Sequence record: KC295538
DNA from: Escherichia phage PBECO4
Strand: one strand, 5' to 3'
Length of the DNA stretch: 64,000 bases
In this document: positions 25,913 through 34,680 of the stretch, one piece after another
Layout: every line of letters starts with the position of its first letter
Numbering within the stretch: the first letter of the stretch is position 1
Notes under the pieces: generated by a model
The model's database searches: none
Seen by the model: only the letters and a program-made list of their open reading frames with translations
What the model was told of the DNA's origin: nothing
Made by a program: the position numbers and the translations under genes

Positions 25913-26095
25913 TTAATATGATAGTACTAGTGTTAGTACTGAGCACAATTGTTCTTTGTAGTTCTTAGGGTATATAGAATCTTTTATGCACTCATTGAAG
26001 TGCCATAGGTATAATCTTGGGTCGCATTCTTTATATATTCTTACGGGGACGAATGTTAGTTTTCGTATATAGAATTCTTTATGTTCTTTATTCAT
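25913..26095 (-). CDS. small protein, family B paralog
   Basis: MNKEHKEFYIRKL.. Confidence 0.55.
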   Translation of the reverse strand: MNKEHKEFYIRKLTFVPVRIYKECDPRLYLWHFNECIKDSIYPKNYKEQLCSVLTLVLSY

Positions 26096-26096
26096 A

Positions 26097-26285
26097 TTAG
26101 TACCTGAATATAAGTAGGATTATGTTATAGTACTGGTTAGTACTGCAATGATTCTCTATACATCGATTAACAGTTATGGAATAGCTATATCTGGCGTAAG
26201 CATTATCCAGCGGGATTTTACATTGAGCACTTAGAGAAAGTACAGTAGGTAGTGTATTCAAATAGAAGTCTTTGTAATTATTCAT
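26097..26285 (-). CDS. small protein, family B paralog
   Basis: MNNYKDFYLNTL.. ..LLIFRY. Confidence 0.55.
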   Translation of the reverse strand: MNNYKDFYLNTLPTVLSLSAQCKIPLDNAYARYSYSITVNRCIENHCSTNQYYNIILLIFRY

Positions 26286-26487
26286 ACAGGAATAGTATAC
26301 CTATGATACCTGAGTACAGGTTAGTACTGTTACCATCTTCGTTTGCGTTTAAAGTCATTTGAATACAATTATTGTAGCATACTCTGCCGAAAAATGTATT
26401 AGTACTTAAAGGTGGAGTAGTCCTTAGAAACATTTGTTCTGAGGGGCTTATGTATTTGGAGTAGAATTCTTTATGTTCTTTATTCAT
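26278..26487 (-). CDS. small protein, family B paralog
   Basis: MNKEHKEFYSKYISPSEQ.. ; near-duplicate of 29118..29327. Confidence 0.55.
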   Translation of the reverse strand: MNKEHKEFYSKYISPSEQMFLRTTPPLSTNTFFGRVCYNNCIQMTLNANEDGNSTNLYSGIIGILFLYE

Positions 26488-26492
26488 ATTAG

Positions 26493-26678
26493 TTAGTGTC
26501 TGTATATAAGTAATAGTAAGAATACGTACTGCACATCTTCATCTTTAGTATTGAGTACTGTACGTATTGCGTCATTAAACAAGAATATAGTACTTGGGTC
26601 ATGAAAATTTAAAGGGGTTCTGGGTACGGCATGTTTGTAGTTCCCTTTAACAAATTGTGTGTAGTATTCTCTATGCAT
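26493..26678 (-). CDS. small protein, family B paralog
   Basis: MHREYYTQF.. ..LLLIYRH. Confidence 0.55.
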   Translation of the reverse strand: MHREYYTQFVKGNYKHAVPRTPLNFHDPSTIFLFNDAIRTVLNTKDEDVQYVFLLLLIYRH

Positions 26679-26679
26679 A

Positions 26680-26865
26680 TTAGTACCTATATATTAGGGC
26701 GAGAATGTAGTACAATTCATATGGAATGTAATTTGGGGTGATCGCACACTGTGTATGGTAAATGAATTGTTCGGTATTTTTCTTATCCTTGATATCTATT
26801 GGGATTTGTGGTATAAGCATTTTGGAGTTTAGATCGAGATGGCTTAAGTAGAATTCTTTATGCAT
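26680..26865 (-). CDS. small protein, family B paralog
   Basis: MHKEFYLSHL.. ..LALIYRY. Confidence 0.55.
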   Translation of the reverse strand: MHKEFYLSHLDLNSKMLIPQIPIDIKDKKNTEQFIYHTQCAITPNYIPYELYYILALIYRY

Positions 26866-26874
26866 ATTGTTCTC

Positions 26875-27063
26875 TTAGAATACGAAAGCTAGGTACAGGG
26901 TATGATACAGTACTCGATGATAGCTGTCAAAATCTAGTATACATGCTTTAGTGCACATAGTAAAGTACACTTTATCGTTTTGTGCATTGATACCGCGAGG
27001 TTTATCTAATAGATTAGTTCTGAGGTACATTGGGAAATATTTTGTGTAGTATTCTTTATGCAT
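26875..27063 (-). CDS. small protein, family B paralog
   Basis: Trimmed to MHKEYYTKYF.. Confidence 0.5.
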   Translation of the reverse strand: MHKEYYTKYFPMYLRTNLLDKPRGINAQNDKVYFTMCTKACILDFDSYHRVLYHTLYLAFVF

Positions 27064-27064
27064 A

Positions 27065-27247
27065 TTAGTACCTGAATATAAGTAGGATAGTGTTATATAG
27101 CTGGTCATAACTACTACTATTTTCTATACTTCGTTCTATGCAGTTATTGAATCCCAGTACTGCCAAATCGTTATCCAGGGGGACTTTGTATCTGGTGTAG
27201 TGTTCAAAAATGCTGGGGAGAAATTGTGTGTAGTATTCTTTGTGCAT
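27065..27247 (-). CDS. small protein, family B paralog
   Basis: MHKEYYTQFL.. ..LLIFRY. Confidence 0.55.
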   Translation of the reverse strand: MHKEYYTQFLPSIFEHYTRYKVPLDNDLAVLGFNNCIERSIENSSSYDQLYNTILLIFRY

Positions 27248-27248
27248 A

Positions 27249-27434
27249 TTAGTACTTATATATTAGTAAAAGGATGTGATACAGTACTCGATTATAGTCT
27301 TCAATATATATCGAGGATTTAGTGCACTGAATGAAGTAGTCTTTTTCGTAGTTTTTTTCTATACCCAATGCAACGTTTGGTACAAGGTGTTGGAGATACA
27401 TTGGGAGTTTCTCTATGTAGTATTCTTTATACAT
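27249..27434 (-). CDS. small protein, family B paralog
   Basis: MYKEYYIEKL.. ..LLIYKY. Confidence 0.55.
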   Translation of the reverse strand: MYKEYYIEKLPMYLQHLVPNVALGIEKNYEKDYFIQCTKSSIYIEDYNRVLYHILLLIYKY

Positions 27435-27443
27435 ATATTATCC

Positions 27444-27641
27444 TTAGTACTGGAACGCAAGGTACAGGGTGTGGTACAGTTGTACTTGATAATTGTTTTC
27501 ATTAGCTTCTTCATTAAGTACTTGTTCAGTACATGTACGGAAGTAATCAGCTTCATATATACAGTCAATACCGCGAGGTTCATCTTCTAATAGATTTCCT
27601 TGTAGAAACTTTGGTAGTTCTTTTATGTAGAATTCTTTATA
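27444..27641 (-). CDS. small protein, family B paralog
   Basis: Trimmed to MYKEFYIKELPKF.. Confidence 0.5.
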   Translation of the reverse strand, partial: YKEFYIKELPKFLQGNLLEDEPRGIDCIYEADYFRTCTEQVLNEEANENNYQVQLYHTLYLAFQY

Positions 27642-28308
27642 CATAGTTTGTAATATACGTAATGAGGTGATGCATTTTCTTATTAGTACTGATAATTTCC
27701 TGTACATGTTTTGTCAGATTGTACGCGTTTTTATAGAGTGCTGGATTATCGATTACAGTACTGTACATGAATAGTTCTTCCTCGGATAATTCTTTGCCTT
27801 GTAATTCTTTGAGGAATTGTAGTACTGTATCAGTTTCTTCTGTACGTTGTGCTTGCCAGAAGTGCATATTCTCGTGTACTTTTTCTGCATCAGTAGAGTA
27901 TATGCCACCCATTTGGAATTGTGCTGTATTGACATCGTGGGAGGTGTTACAATTCCCGAAGAAGTATGTATTCCCGAAGTATAGCATTAAAGTGCACGGG
28001 GTATTATCCAACTGCATATTGATGATGAAGGATGCGTTCTTTAGTACCTTTGTGCTCGTATTAGTACTCAATACTTTTAAATCAGTATTATAGATATTCA
28101 TATAATGAACAGCTATATTATTTTTCTTCATGTACAATTCAAGGTTCTTTGATACGTTAACTCCATTTGTACTGGATTTTTCCTTTTTATTTCGTTTCTT
28201 TAGTACATTCGGGTGATACGTATATGCAGATGTAACTGATTCTGCCTGAATACTATTGAGGTACTTAAAGTGCTTAAGGTATTGTTTGCTGTGTGCATTA
28301 AGTTTCAT
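27637..28308 (-). CDS. hypothetical protein (223 aa) embedded in family B array
   Basis: Track ORF; overlaps next start; no family motif. Confidence 0.55.
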   Translation of the reverse strand: MKLNAHSKQYLKHFKYLNSIQAESVTSAYTYHPNVLKKRNKKEKSSTNGVNVSKNLELYMKKNNIAVHYMNIYNTDLKVLSTNTSTKVLKNASFIINMQLDNTPCTLMLYFGNTYFFGNCNTSHDVNTAQFQMGGIYSTDAEKVHENMHFWQAQRTEETDTVLQFLKELQGKELSEEELFMYSTVIDNPALYKNAYNLTKHVQEIISTNKKMHHLITYITNYV

Positions 28309-28325
28309 TTGGTTTCCTTTATATA

Positions 28326-28502
28326 GATGCCAGGGCGAGGATTTCCCTGTAGGGATTATCTTGTGTTAGTACAGCATAAATGCAGCTATTGAGATTAATA
28401 TTTTTAGTACTTTTTGTTCCTAGTTTGTAGTACTTCACGAAGGTGTCGTACATGAAACGGTCTTTTATGGTTATACGTTCTCTATAGAATTGTTGCATAG
28501 TA
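28326..28502 (-). CDS. short family B-like paralog (58 aa)
   Basis: Own translation MQQFYRERITIKDRFMYDTF.. Confidence 0.35.
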
Positions 28503-28506
28503 TTCC

Positions 28507-28689
28507 TTAAATAGCGATTAGTTTCATTACTTCTCTGTATGTGTACTTTTCGTTTTGTGCATCTCTTGTGACGACATATAGGAAGGTGTGTTTATCTTTT
28601 TTGTTCCCGCAATTGTAGAAAATATTGAACTTATTGAAGTTGAATCTTTCGGCGTGTTGTAGTTTAGTTAAATAGAATTCTATGTTCAT
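28507..28689 (-). CDS. small protein, family B paralog
   Basis: MNIEFYLTKL.. Confidence 0.5.
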   Translation of the reverse strand: MNIEFYLTKLQHAERFNFNKFNIFYNCGNKKDKHTFLYVVTRDAQNEKYTYREVMKLIAI

Positions 28690-28697
28690 TTTCTTCC

Positions 28698-28883
28698 TTA
28701 CATTTCAATAAGTTTCAGTACTGCTCGGTACGTGTACTTAGTTGTCAGTGCTTCTTTAATAGAAATACAGAAGTAATGTTGTTTGTCTCTTATACTGCCG
28801 CGTTTGTAGTACCACACATGGGAGTTGTGACTGTACTTGTCTCTGTCGGATAGTTGTTGGTAGTAGTAGCTTATATGATTCAT
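28698..28883 (-). CDS. small protein, family B paralog
   Basis: MNHISYYYQQL.. ; paralog of 28507..28689 (..TKYTYR.V.KLI..). Confidence 0.5.
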   Translation of the reverse strand: MNHISYYYQQLSDRDKYSHNSHVWYYKRGSIRDKQHYFCISIKEALTTKYTYRAVLKLIEM

Positions 28884-28930
28884 TGTAATTAGCCTTACTA
28901 TGTTAAAGTACTCGGTCCCTGGTGTACCTT

Positions 28931-29125
28931 TTAGAACTTAAAGATGAGGTTCAGGATAGAGCGGTACTTAGTTGCAGGGAACGTATGTTCTATTGCATAA
29001 CGTGTCACCATCCTGAAATCGTAATTATAATACAGATTATCCTTTCTCATAGGTGGTGCTAAAGAGAATGATAGCTGTTCTTGTTTGGGTAGTTTACTAC
29101 AATAGAAATCTTTATGATTATTCAT
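28931..29125 (-). CDS. small protein, family B paralog
   Basis: MNNHKDFYCSKL.. Confidence 0.5.
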   Translation of the reverse strand: MNNHKDFYCSKLPKQEQLSFSLAPPMRKDNLYYNYDFRMVTRYAIEHTFPATKYRSILNLIFKF

Positions 29126-29327
29126 AGAAATATATTAGTCCTATTAAACCTGAGTACATAATATTTTTGTTATTACATTCGATTGCTTCTATAGTACTAC
29201 GTATACAATTATTAAAGCAATCTCTGGCGTGTGGTGTATCTATACTTAAAGGTGATACACTCCTTAGAAACAATTGTTCTTCGTTGCTAAGGTATTTGGT
29301 GTAGAATTCTTTATGTTCAGTATTCAT
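29118..29327 (-). CDS. small protein, family B paralog
   Basis: MNTEHKEFYTKYLSNEEQ.. Confidence 0.55.
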   Translation of the reverse strand: MNTEHKEFYTKYLSNEEQLFLRSVSPLSIDTPHARDCFNNCIRSTIEAIECNNKNIMYSGLIGLIYFYE

Positions 29328-29328
29328 A

Positions 29329-29532
29329 TTAGTACTCGATTAAAAGGGCAAGGATATAATAGTATTGCATACTTTCTGCCCCTTGTAAAGCATTTCTTAT
29401 GATATTACTCCTGTACGAGTTCAGGAGTTTAGGACAACGTTTGTAGTGTATAAAAGTATTTTGTGTATACAGTAGGCTTTCTCGTAGACCTTTTGTTGGT
29501 AGTGCATCGATGTAGTACTGTTCAATGTTCAT
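29329..29532 (-). CDS. small protein, family B paralog
   Basis: MNIEQYYIDAL.. Confidence 0.5.
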   Translation of the reverse strand: MNIEQYYIDALPTKGLRESLLYTQNTFIHYKRCPKLLNSYRSNIIRNALQGAESMQYYYILALLIEY

Positions 29533-29756
29533 ATAGATAGCAGTACTAAGATTTTTGATAATTGTTTATTGCTATCCCCGCAGATGTTGCTGTGTAAAAT
29601 ACTCACAATGAGGGTATCAATTGCATTGTTCATCATAAGGGTGCATCCTGGACTATTATAATTTTTTAGCTCAATTAGCCACGAACTATCCGCGAGAAAT
29701 TCCCCGTACTCTAGTTCATTTAGAGTATTGAGGTAGTACTTAAGAGTATTTGTCAT
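29529..29756 (-). CDS. small protein, family B paralog (first gene of array)
   Basis: MTNTLKYYLNTL..; TTGACA-N17-TACTAT promoter upstream on minus strand. Confidence 0.5.
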   Translation of the reverse strand: MTNTLKYYLNTLNELEYGEFLADSSWLIELKNYNSPGCTLMMNNAIDTLIVSILHSNICGDSNKQLSKILVLLSI

Positions 29757-29858
29757 GTGTAGTTCTCCTTATATTCCTTCTATAGTACACCAGTACTGAA
29801 AGGATGTCAAGGGTTTTCTTTATGGGGTAAATATGATATAATGAATAAGGAGGGAAAT
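29757..29858. promoter_or_regulatory. divergent promoter region between family B array (minus) and RCC1-like array (plus)
   Basis: Minus: ttgacatcctttcagtactggtgtactat; plus: gatataatg + aaggaggg SD before ATG 29859. Confidence 0.5.
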
Positions 29859-31061
29859 ATGTTACCTTTTGGAAGAATGGTTAAGTACGCAAATATTGCA
29901 CCAGGTCCAGAACCTGTAGAGTTCTCAGATGTTTTACAACAACATTATACAAACTGTATGTATCTACATAACCCAACTAATACTTTATATGGTTATGGTA
30001 GTAATAACATGTATCAATTTGGTCTTGGGAATTCAGCAGCAGTTTCGTCATTTACAGTACTTGCAAGGAACTGTGCAGCCTTTTGGCTTGGTGTTCAAGG
30101 TTCGTTGATGATTGATTTGGATAATAAAATATACTACACTGGGTCTGTGGCTGCATTTTCTGATTATGGAGATGCAACACCTGTTAATGGTTATTTGACA
30201 ACATGGACTGATGTTACTGTTGCATTTAATAAAATAGGTGTTATGGCTAATATGATCAAGAGTGTATATATAGGTGAAAGTACTAGAATATTATTAACCG
30301 ATGGTAGAGTAATTGCGTGTGGAAGAAATACCAATGGTGAATGTGGCTCTGGTAATAAAAATTCCATCCCTACACTCACAGTTATGACTAATATGGGTGA
30401 AGTTACACATATGGCATGTTCATTACAAGGAACGCACTATATCAAATCAAATAAAGATGCATGGTTTTGTGGTAAGGATAACTTTGGTGAAAGTGGATGT
30501 GGTGGTAGTTCTGTTGTATATTTGAACAAATTCGTGATTAGTAATGTAGAACATATTAGTACTACATACGATGTTACTTGGTGGTTTACTACTGGTGGGT
30601 CTGTATATTATAGCGGGGCTAACAGTACTGGACAAGCGGGTAATGGTACGACTACATCGGTAAATCAGCTAACACCAATTAGGAACACATCGGTCACGGT
30701 TGATGTAAGTAAGTACAGTACTTTTATTTGTCCAAGTAATATGGGAAATGCATCAATTGGTGCACCTATGGCACAATACGCACCATATGTTAGAAGTAGT
30801 GGTGCTAACTCATATGGTCAAGAAGGTAATGGAACTAATACATTAGTTAGAACTTGGAATATTTTTAATCTTAGTGCAATAAGTGGTGGTTATGAAAATG
30901 TTCTTATGGCATCTAAAGATTGGAGCAGAACCATAATAATTACTAAAGATTATAAATTATATGCATGTGGTGGCTGGAATGGAAATGGTGGTAGATTGCC
31001 AGATGGCACTTATAGTATTACTACACTAACATTAATGCCAACGCAGTTATGGCAACAATAG
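29859..31061 (+). CDS. RCC1-like repeat beta-propeller protein, paralog 1
   Basis: Starts MLPFGRMVKYANIAPGP after AAGGAGGG SD; repeated G.N..GQ.G-type motifs (YQFGLGN, TGQAGNGTT, YGQEGNGTN). Confidence 0.7.
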   Translation: MLPFGRMVKYANIAPGPEPVEFSDVLQQHYTNCMYLHNPTNTLYGYGSNNMYQFGLGNSAAVSSFTVLARNCAAFWLGVQGSLMIDLDNKIYYTGSVAAFSDYGDATPVNGYLTTWTDVTVAFNKIGVMANMIKSVYIGESTRILLTDGRVIACGRNTNGECGSGNKNSIPTLTVMTNMGEVTHMACSLQGTHYIKSNKDAWFCGKDNFGESGCGGSSVVYLNKFVISNVEHISTTYDVTWWFTTGGSVYYSGANSTGQAGNGTTTSVNQLTPIRNTSVTVDVSKYSTFICPSNMGNASIGAPMAQYAPYVRSSGANSYGQEGNGTNTLVRTWNIFNLSAISGGYENVLMASKDWSRTIIITKDYKLYACGGWNGNGGRLPDGTYSITTLTLMPTQLWQQ

Positions 31062-31069
31062 GAGGGAAT

Positions 31070-32179
31070 ATGTTACCTTTTGGAAGAATAATTAGGTATG
31101 GAAATATTGTCCCTGGTCCTAAAAAAATAATTAAAGTTGGTGCTTCTACACAAGGTCAATTCTTATTGACTGATTCACATGATTTATATTACATAGGTAG
31201 AAATCAAGGTGGTGAATCTGGAAATGGTAATACCAACACGGTGTCTTCGTGGACATTAGTAAGTGCAGATGTTTCTAATTTTTTCGTGGGTGATCGTACA
31301 CTTGTTATTATTAAAAATGATAATACTATATGGACATCAGGTCAAACGTACTGGTTCTCATCTTCTACAACTACTTCTTACAGTACTGTATTAGTTGAAA
31401 GGACTAGTTGGTTTACCAATGCTATACCAGTCAGTGAAATTGCTAATATTGTATGCACAAATGGTTTAATATTTGTACTTAGCACTAATTCAGTACTCTA
31501 TGGTGCAGGAGATAATGGATATCGTGGTTCTTTGGGTATTGGTTCATCATCAATTTACACATTAACTCAATGTGCTACGAACGTTCGTAAAGTAATGACC
31601 AATGCGAATGATAGTATGTATCTTACATTAGATAATAAGCTATATAGTTCTGGATGGAATAGTAGTGGGCAGCATGGTACGGGGAACCAAACACAAATTA
31701 ACACTTGGGGATTGCGTAGTTCTGGTGTAATCGATGCAGCCATTGGTGGTAATGCATTAAATTACTATAATGGTACATCATATTTCGTATGTGGTCAAAC
31801 TCCAAACTTTCTTAGTTCAGGTACGACTACATTCCGTGCAGTTCCTTTAAGTACTTTGCCTAATAGTTCTCCGTTGTTTATGACGAATTCACCTGCCTTA
31901 AATACTGCTACACAAATGGTAATTACTAGTACATATCAGAAGGGTGTTGGGGCGAACCGTGGTTTGGGATTAAACAATTCTCAAACTGGTGCTATATATA
32001 GTGCTACCAATTTACAATTACCCGTTGAAGTTAGTGAGATTAGGGATGTTCTTTTTAGTGATGGTTTGACATCGATATTAACCAAAAATGGAGACGTGTA
32101 TAGTACTGGATCGTATTACGCCATTCCAGGTGCAATCGAGGATGTTGCAGTCTTTACTAAAATTGATTTACCAAAATAA
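31070..32179 (+). CDS. RCC1-like repeat beta-propeller protein, paralog 2
   Basis: MLPFGRIIRYGNIVPGP; SGQHGTGN, RGSLGIG motifs; coupled to paralog 1 with no cassette. Confidence 0.7.
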   Translation: MLPFGRIIRYGNIVPGPKKIIKVGASTQGQFLLTDSHDLYYIGRNQGGESGNGNTNTVSSWTLVSADVSNFFVGDRTLVIIKNDNTIWTSGQTYWFSSSTTTSYSTVLVERTSWFTNAIPVSEIANIVCTNGLIFVLSTNSVLYGAGDNGYRGSLGIGSSSIYTLTQCATNVRKVMTNANDSMYLTLDNKLYSSGWNSSGQHGTGNQTQINTWGLRSSGVIDAAIGGNALNYYNGTSYFVCGQTPNFLSSGTTTFRAVPLSTLPNSSPLFMTNSPALNTATQMVITSTYQKGVGANRGLGLNNSQTGAIYSATNLQLPVEVSEIRDVLFSDGLTSILTKNGDVYSTGSYYAIPGAIEDVAVFTKIDLPK

Positions 32180-32185
32180 CATAAT

Positions 32186-32210
32186 GCCAGTACTCTGTAC
32201 TGGCTTTCTT
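32186..32210 (+). terminator. cassette hairpin + T-run (terminator) preceding TATAAC/SD of next paralog
   Basis: gccagtactctgtactggc followed by tttctt. Confidence 0.55.
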
Positions 32211-32249
32211 ATTTGTATTAAATATAGTATAACAAATAAAGGAGGGAAT

Positions 32250-33389
32250 ATGTTACCTTTTGCAAGAATGGTTAAGTACGGGAATATCGCACCTGAACTG
32301 ATTCTACCTAAAAACAGGTTACAATGTTCTGCTGATGCCAAATTTTATTTACACACAAATGGTAATCTATATTGGTTTGGTTCTTCAGCATATGGACAAA
32401 GTGGTAATGGTTCATTGGACTCTTCAACTGAATGGACTCTTGTCAACTCAAATGTTACACGATATTGGGGTGGGGTACAAGGAACAATTGCTATAAAGAA
32501 AGATGGTACTATTTGGTACACTGGTAGACGTACTGTTATTCCAATACTATCTTCAAACACTAACGGCGTTTGGGTTGATATAACACAGAACTTTACTGAT
32601 TTCGGTGTCAGTGCAGATGATATTGATAGTGTTGTGATATCTTCGTGTATGCGTGTATTTTTAAAAAATGGAAAGTGGTTCTACTGTGGTGCTGGTACTG
32701 GTGGTGTTTTTGGGAATGGATCAACTTCAAGCGTTTCACGATTCACCTATAGTACAATAGAAAATGTTATCAGTGCTGGTTGTGCAATATATAGTACTGG
32801 ATTAGTACTAAATGATGGTTCATATTGGTATGCAGGTAGAACGTTTGTATCAGGAACGACGACACAAAACTTGCTCACATTTACACAAGATACTTCGATT
32901 AGTAATGCAATTAAAGCAGTCAATACAAATGAAACTTCTTATATATTTCTTAATGATGGTAATGTTAAAGTTGCATCTATTAACGACTATGGACAAGCAG
33001 GTACAGGAAATAGGTCAGTAGCCCCAATGAGTACATTAATTCCAAATTTATCATTCCAAGGAGAAGTGGAGTTGGTGGGTGAGCTTGGGACAAACCTTAC
33101 CGGACCATCCTGTATAATTAATAATAATAATAAGTTATTTTCATGTGGCCTTAATTCAAATGGTCAATGTGGTATTGGTACAACTGATATGTATATAACA
33201 TCATTCGCTGAAATGGATCTTACTGCATTAGAAGGTAGTAATCTTAGTAGTTTTTGTAAGAGCTATTCTTATACGATGTTAGTTGACGAATATAATAATT
33301 TATACACATGTGGTGTACCCAATCTTACTGGAATGTCTTCAACTACTGTACCAACAAGGGTTCCTGATTCACTTCTACCGTGGAAATAA
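32250..33389 (+). CDS. RCC1-like repeat beta-propeller protein, paralog 3
   Basis: MLPFARMVKYGNIAPE; YGQSGNGS, NDYGQAGTGN, NSNGQCGIGT. Confidence 0.7.
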   Translation: MLPFARMVKYGNIAPELILPKNRLQCSADAKFYLHTNGNLYWFGSSAYGQSGNGSLDSSTEWTLVNSNVTRYWGGVQGTIAIKKDGTIWYTGRRTVIPILSSNTNGVWVDITQNFTDFGVSADDIDSVVISSCMRVFLKNGKWFYCGAGTGGVFGNGSTSSVSRFTYSTIENVISAGCAIYSTGLVLNDGSYWYAGRTFVSGTTTQNLLTFTQDTSISNAIKAVNTNETSYIFLNDGNVKVASINDYGQAGTGNRSVAPMSTLIPNLSFQGEVELVGELGTNLTGPSCIINNNNKLFSCGLNSNGQCGIGTTDMYITSFAEMDLTALEGSNLSSFCKSYSYTMLVDEYNNLYTCGVPNLTGMSSTTVPTRVPDSLLPWK

Positions 33390-33395
33390 TATAAT

Positions 33396-33420
33396 GCCAG
33401 TACACTGTACTGGCTTTCTT
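33396..33420 (+). terminator. cassette hairpin + T-run
   Basis: gccagtacactgtactggc tttctt. Confidence 0.55.
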
Positions 33421-33460
33421 ATTTGTATTAAATATAGTATAATGAATAAAGGAGGGAAAT

Positions 33461-34609
33461 ATGTTACCTTTTGCAAGAATGATGAATTATGGGAATATTG
33501 CCCCTGGTAAGGATAGGCGTTTTAAAATATATTCAAGTGATTCTATGTATCTTCATGATACTTATACTAATAAGTTGTATGCATCTTCTGCGACGAATTG
33601 GGGTACTGGAACAGGTGTAGCATCGAGTAAATTTATTCTTTGTGCGGAGAATGTTAAACGAGTTCTATTGGAAGATAACAGTAGTAGTTGTCAATTGTAT
33701 GAAGAGAAAGGTACTGGAAAAGTTTTTATCACTGGTAACACGAAGGCATTCACTGGTGTAACTGATACAAAAACTTTGTGGACGGACTGTACTACGTGGA
33801 TAACATCAGGTGGTATTAATGTTTCTGATATAAAATACATGAGTAGTTTTAATGATATGAAGGTGAATTTGATAACAAACGATGGTACGTTGTATTGTTG
33901 TGGAGTTAACAATAACTCGAACCTATCATCATTTGGTGATGGTACAAACATTAATTCTTTTAACACATTCAAAAGGGTAGATACTATAACTTCGGTCAAA
34001 AAGGCAGTTGGTAACATATACCTAAAAGAAGATAATACTTTATGGGGTTGTGGTTTTAACTATTACTATCAGTTAGGTACAGGTAATCAAACTTCTATTA
34101 CTGGGGTGACGATGATTTCTTCAGATGTTATAGATTTTGATGTAAGTTATCAGAGTACATTTTTTATTAAATCGGATAATAATTTGTACGCTTGTGGTAA
34201 ACAGTTCGGTGCACAATACGGGAACGAATTTGGCACAGGTGGTACTTCTTCATCTACCGATATACAATACAAAACTCCGACATTATTGAGTTCAGGAGTT
34301 TATACTCTATATACTTGTGTTAGTAACATGGCATCACATATAGTTAAAGGTGATGAAGTTCTATACGCATCTGGGTCGAATGGATTTGGTCAATTAGGTG
34401 TTGGTAATAATATTAATCAGTACTCATATACTCCTTCGTATACTTCGTTTAATAGTTCGTGTAATTTGGTACGCACTCCATCTGGTTCACTTATACTTAC
34501 GGACACTGAGAAATTATATTATTGTGGGTATGCTATGGTAGTAATGGGGGGAATTGCTGGACAAAACATTCTTAGTTATACAGAAGTTGATATGTCATTT
34601 ATACAATGA
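33461..34609 (+). CDS. RCC1-like repeat beta-propeller protein, paralog 4
   Basis: MLPFARMMNYGNIAPGK; YYQLGTGNQ, NGFGQLGVGNN. Confidence 0.7.
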   Translation: MLPFARMMNYGNIAPGKDRRFKIYSSDSMYLHDTYTNKLYASSATNWGTGTGVASSKFILCAENVKRVLLEDNSSSCQLYEEKGTGKVFITGNTKAFTGVTDTKTLWTDCTTWITSGGINVSDIKYMSSFNDMKVNLITNDGTLYCCGVNNNSNLSSFGDGTNINSFNTFKRVDTITSVKKAVGNIYLKEDNTLWGCGFNYYYQLGTGNQTSITGVTMISSDVIDFDVSYQSTFFIKSDNNLYACGKQFGAQYGNEFGTGGTSSSTDIQYKTPTLLSSGVYTLYTCVSNMASHIVKGDEVLYASGSNGFGQLGVGNNINQYSYTPSYTSFNSSCNLVRTPSGSLILTDTEKLYYCGYAMVVMGGIAGQNILSYTEVDMSFIQ

Positions 34610-34615
34610 TTTAAT

Positions 34616-34640
34616 GCCAGTACACTGTACTGGCTTTCTT
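34616..34640 (+). terminator. cassette hairpin + T-run
   Basis: gccagtacactgtactggc tttctt. Confidence 0.55.
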
Positions 34641-34680
34641 ATTTGTATTAAATATAGTATAATGAATAAAGGAGGAATTT

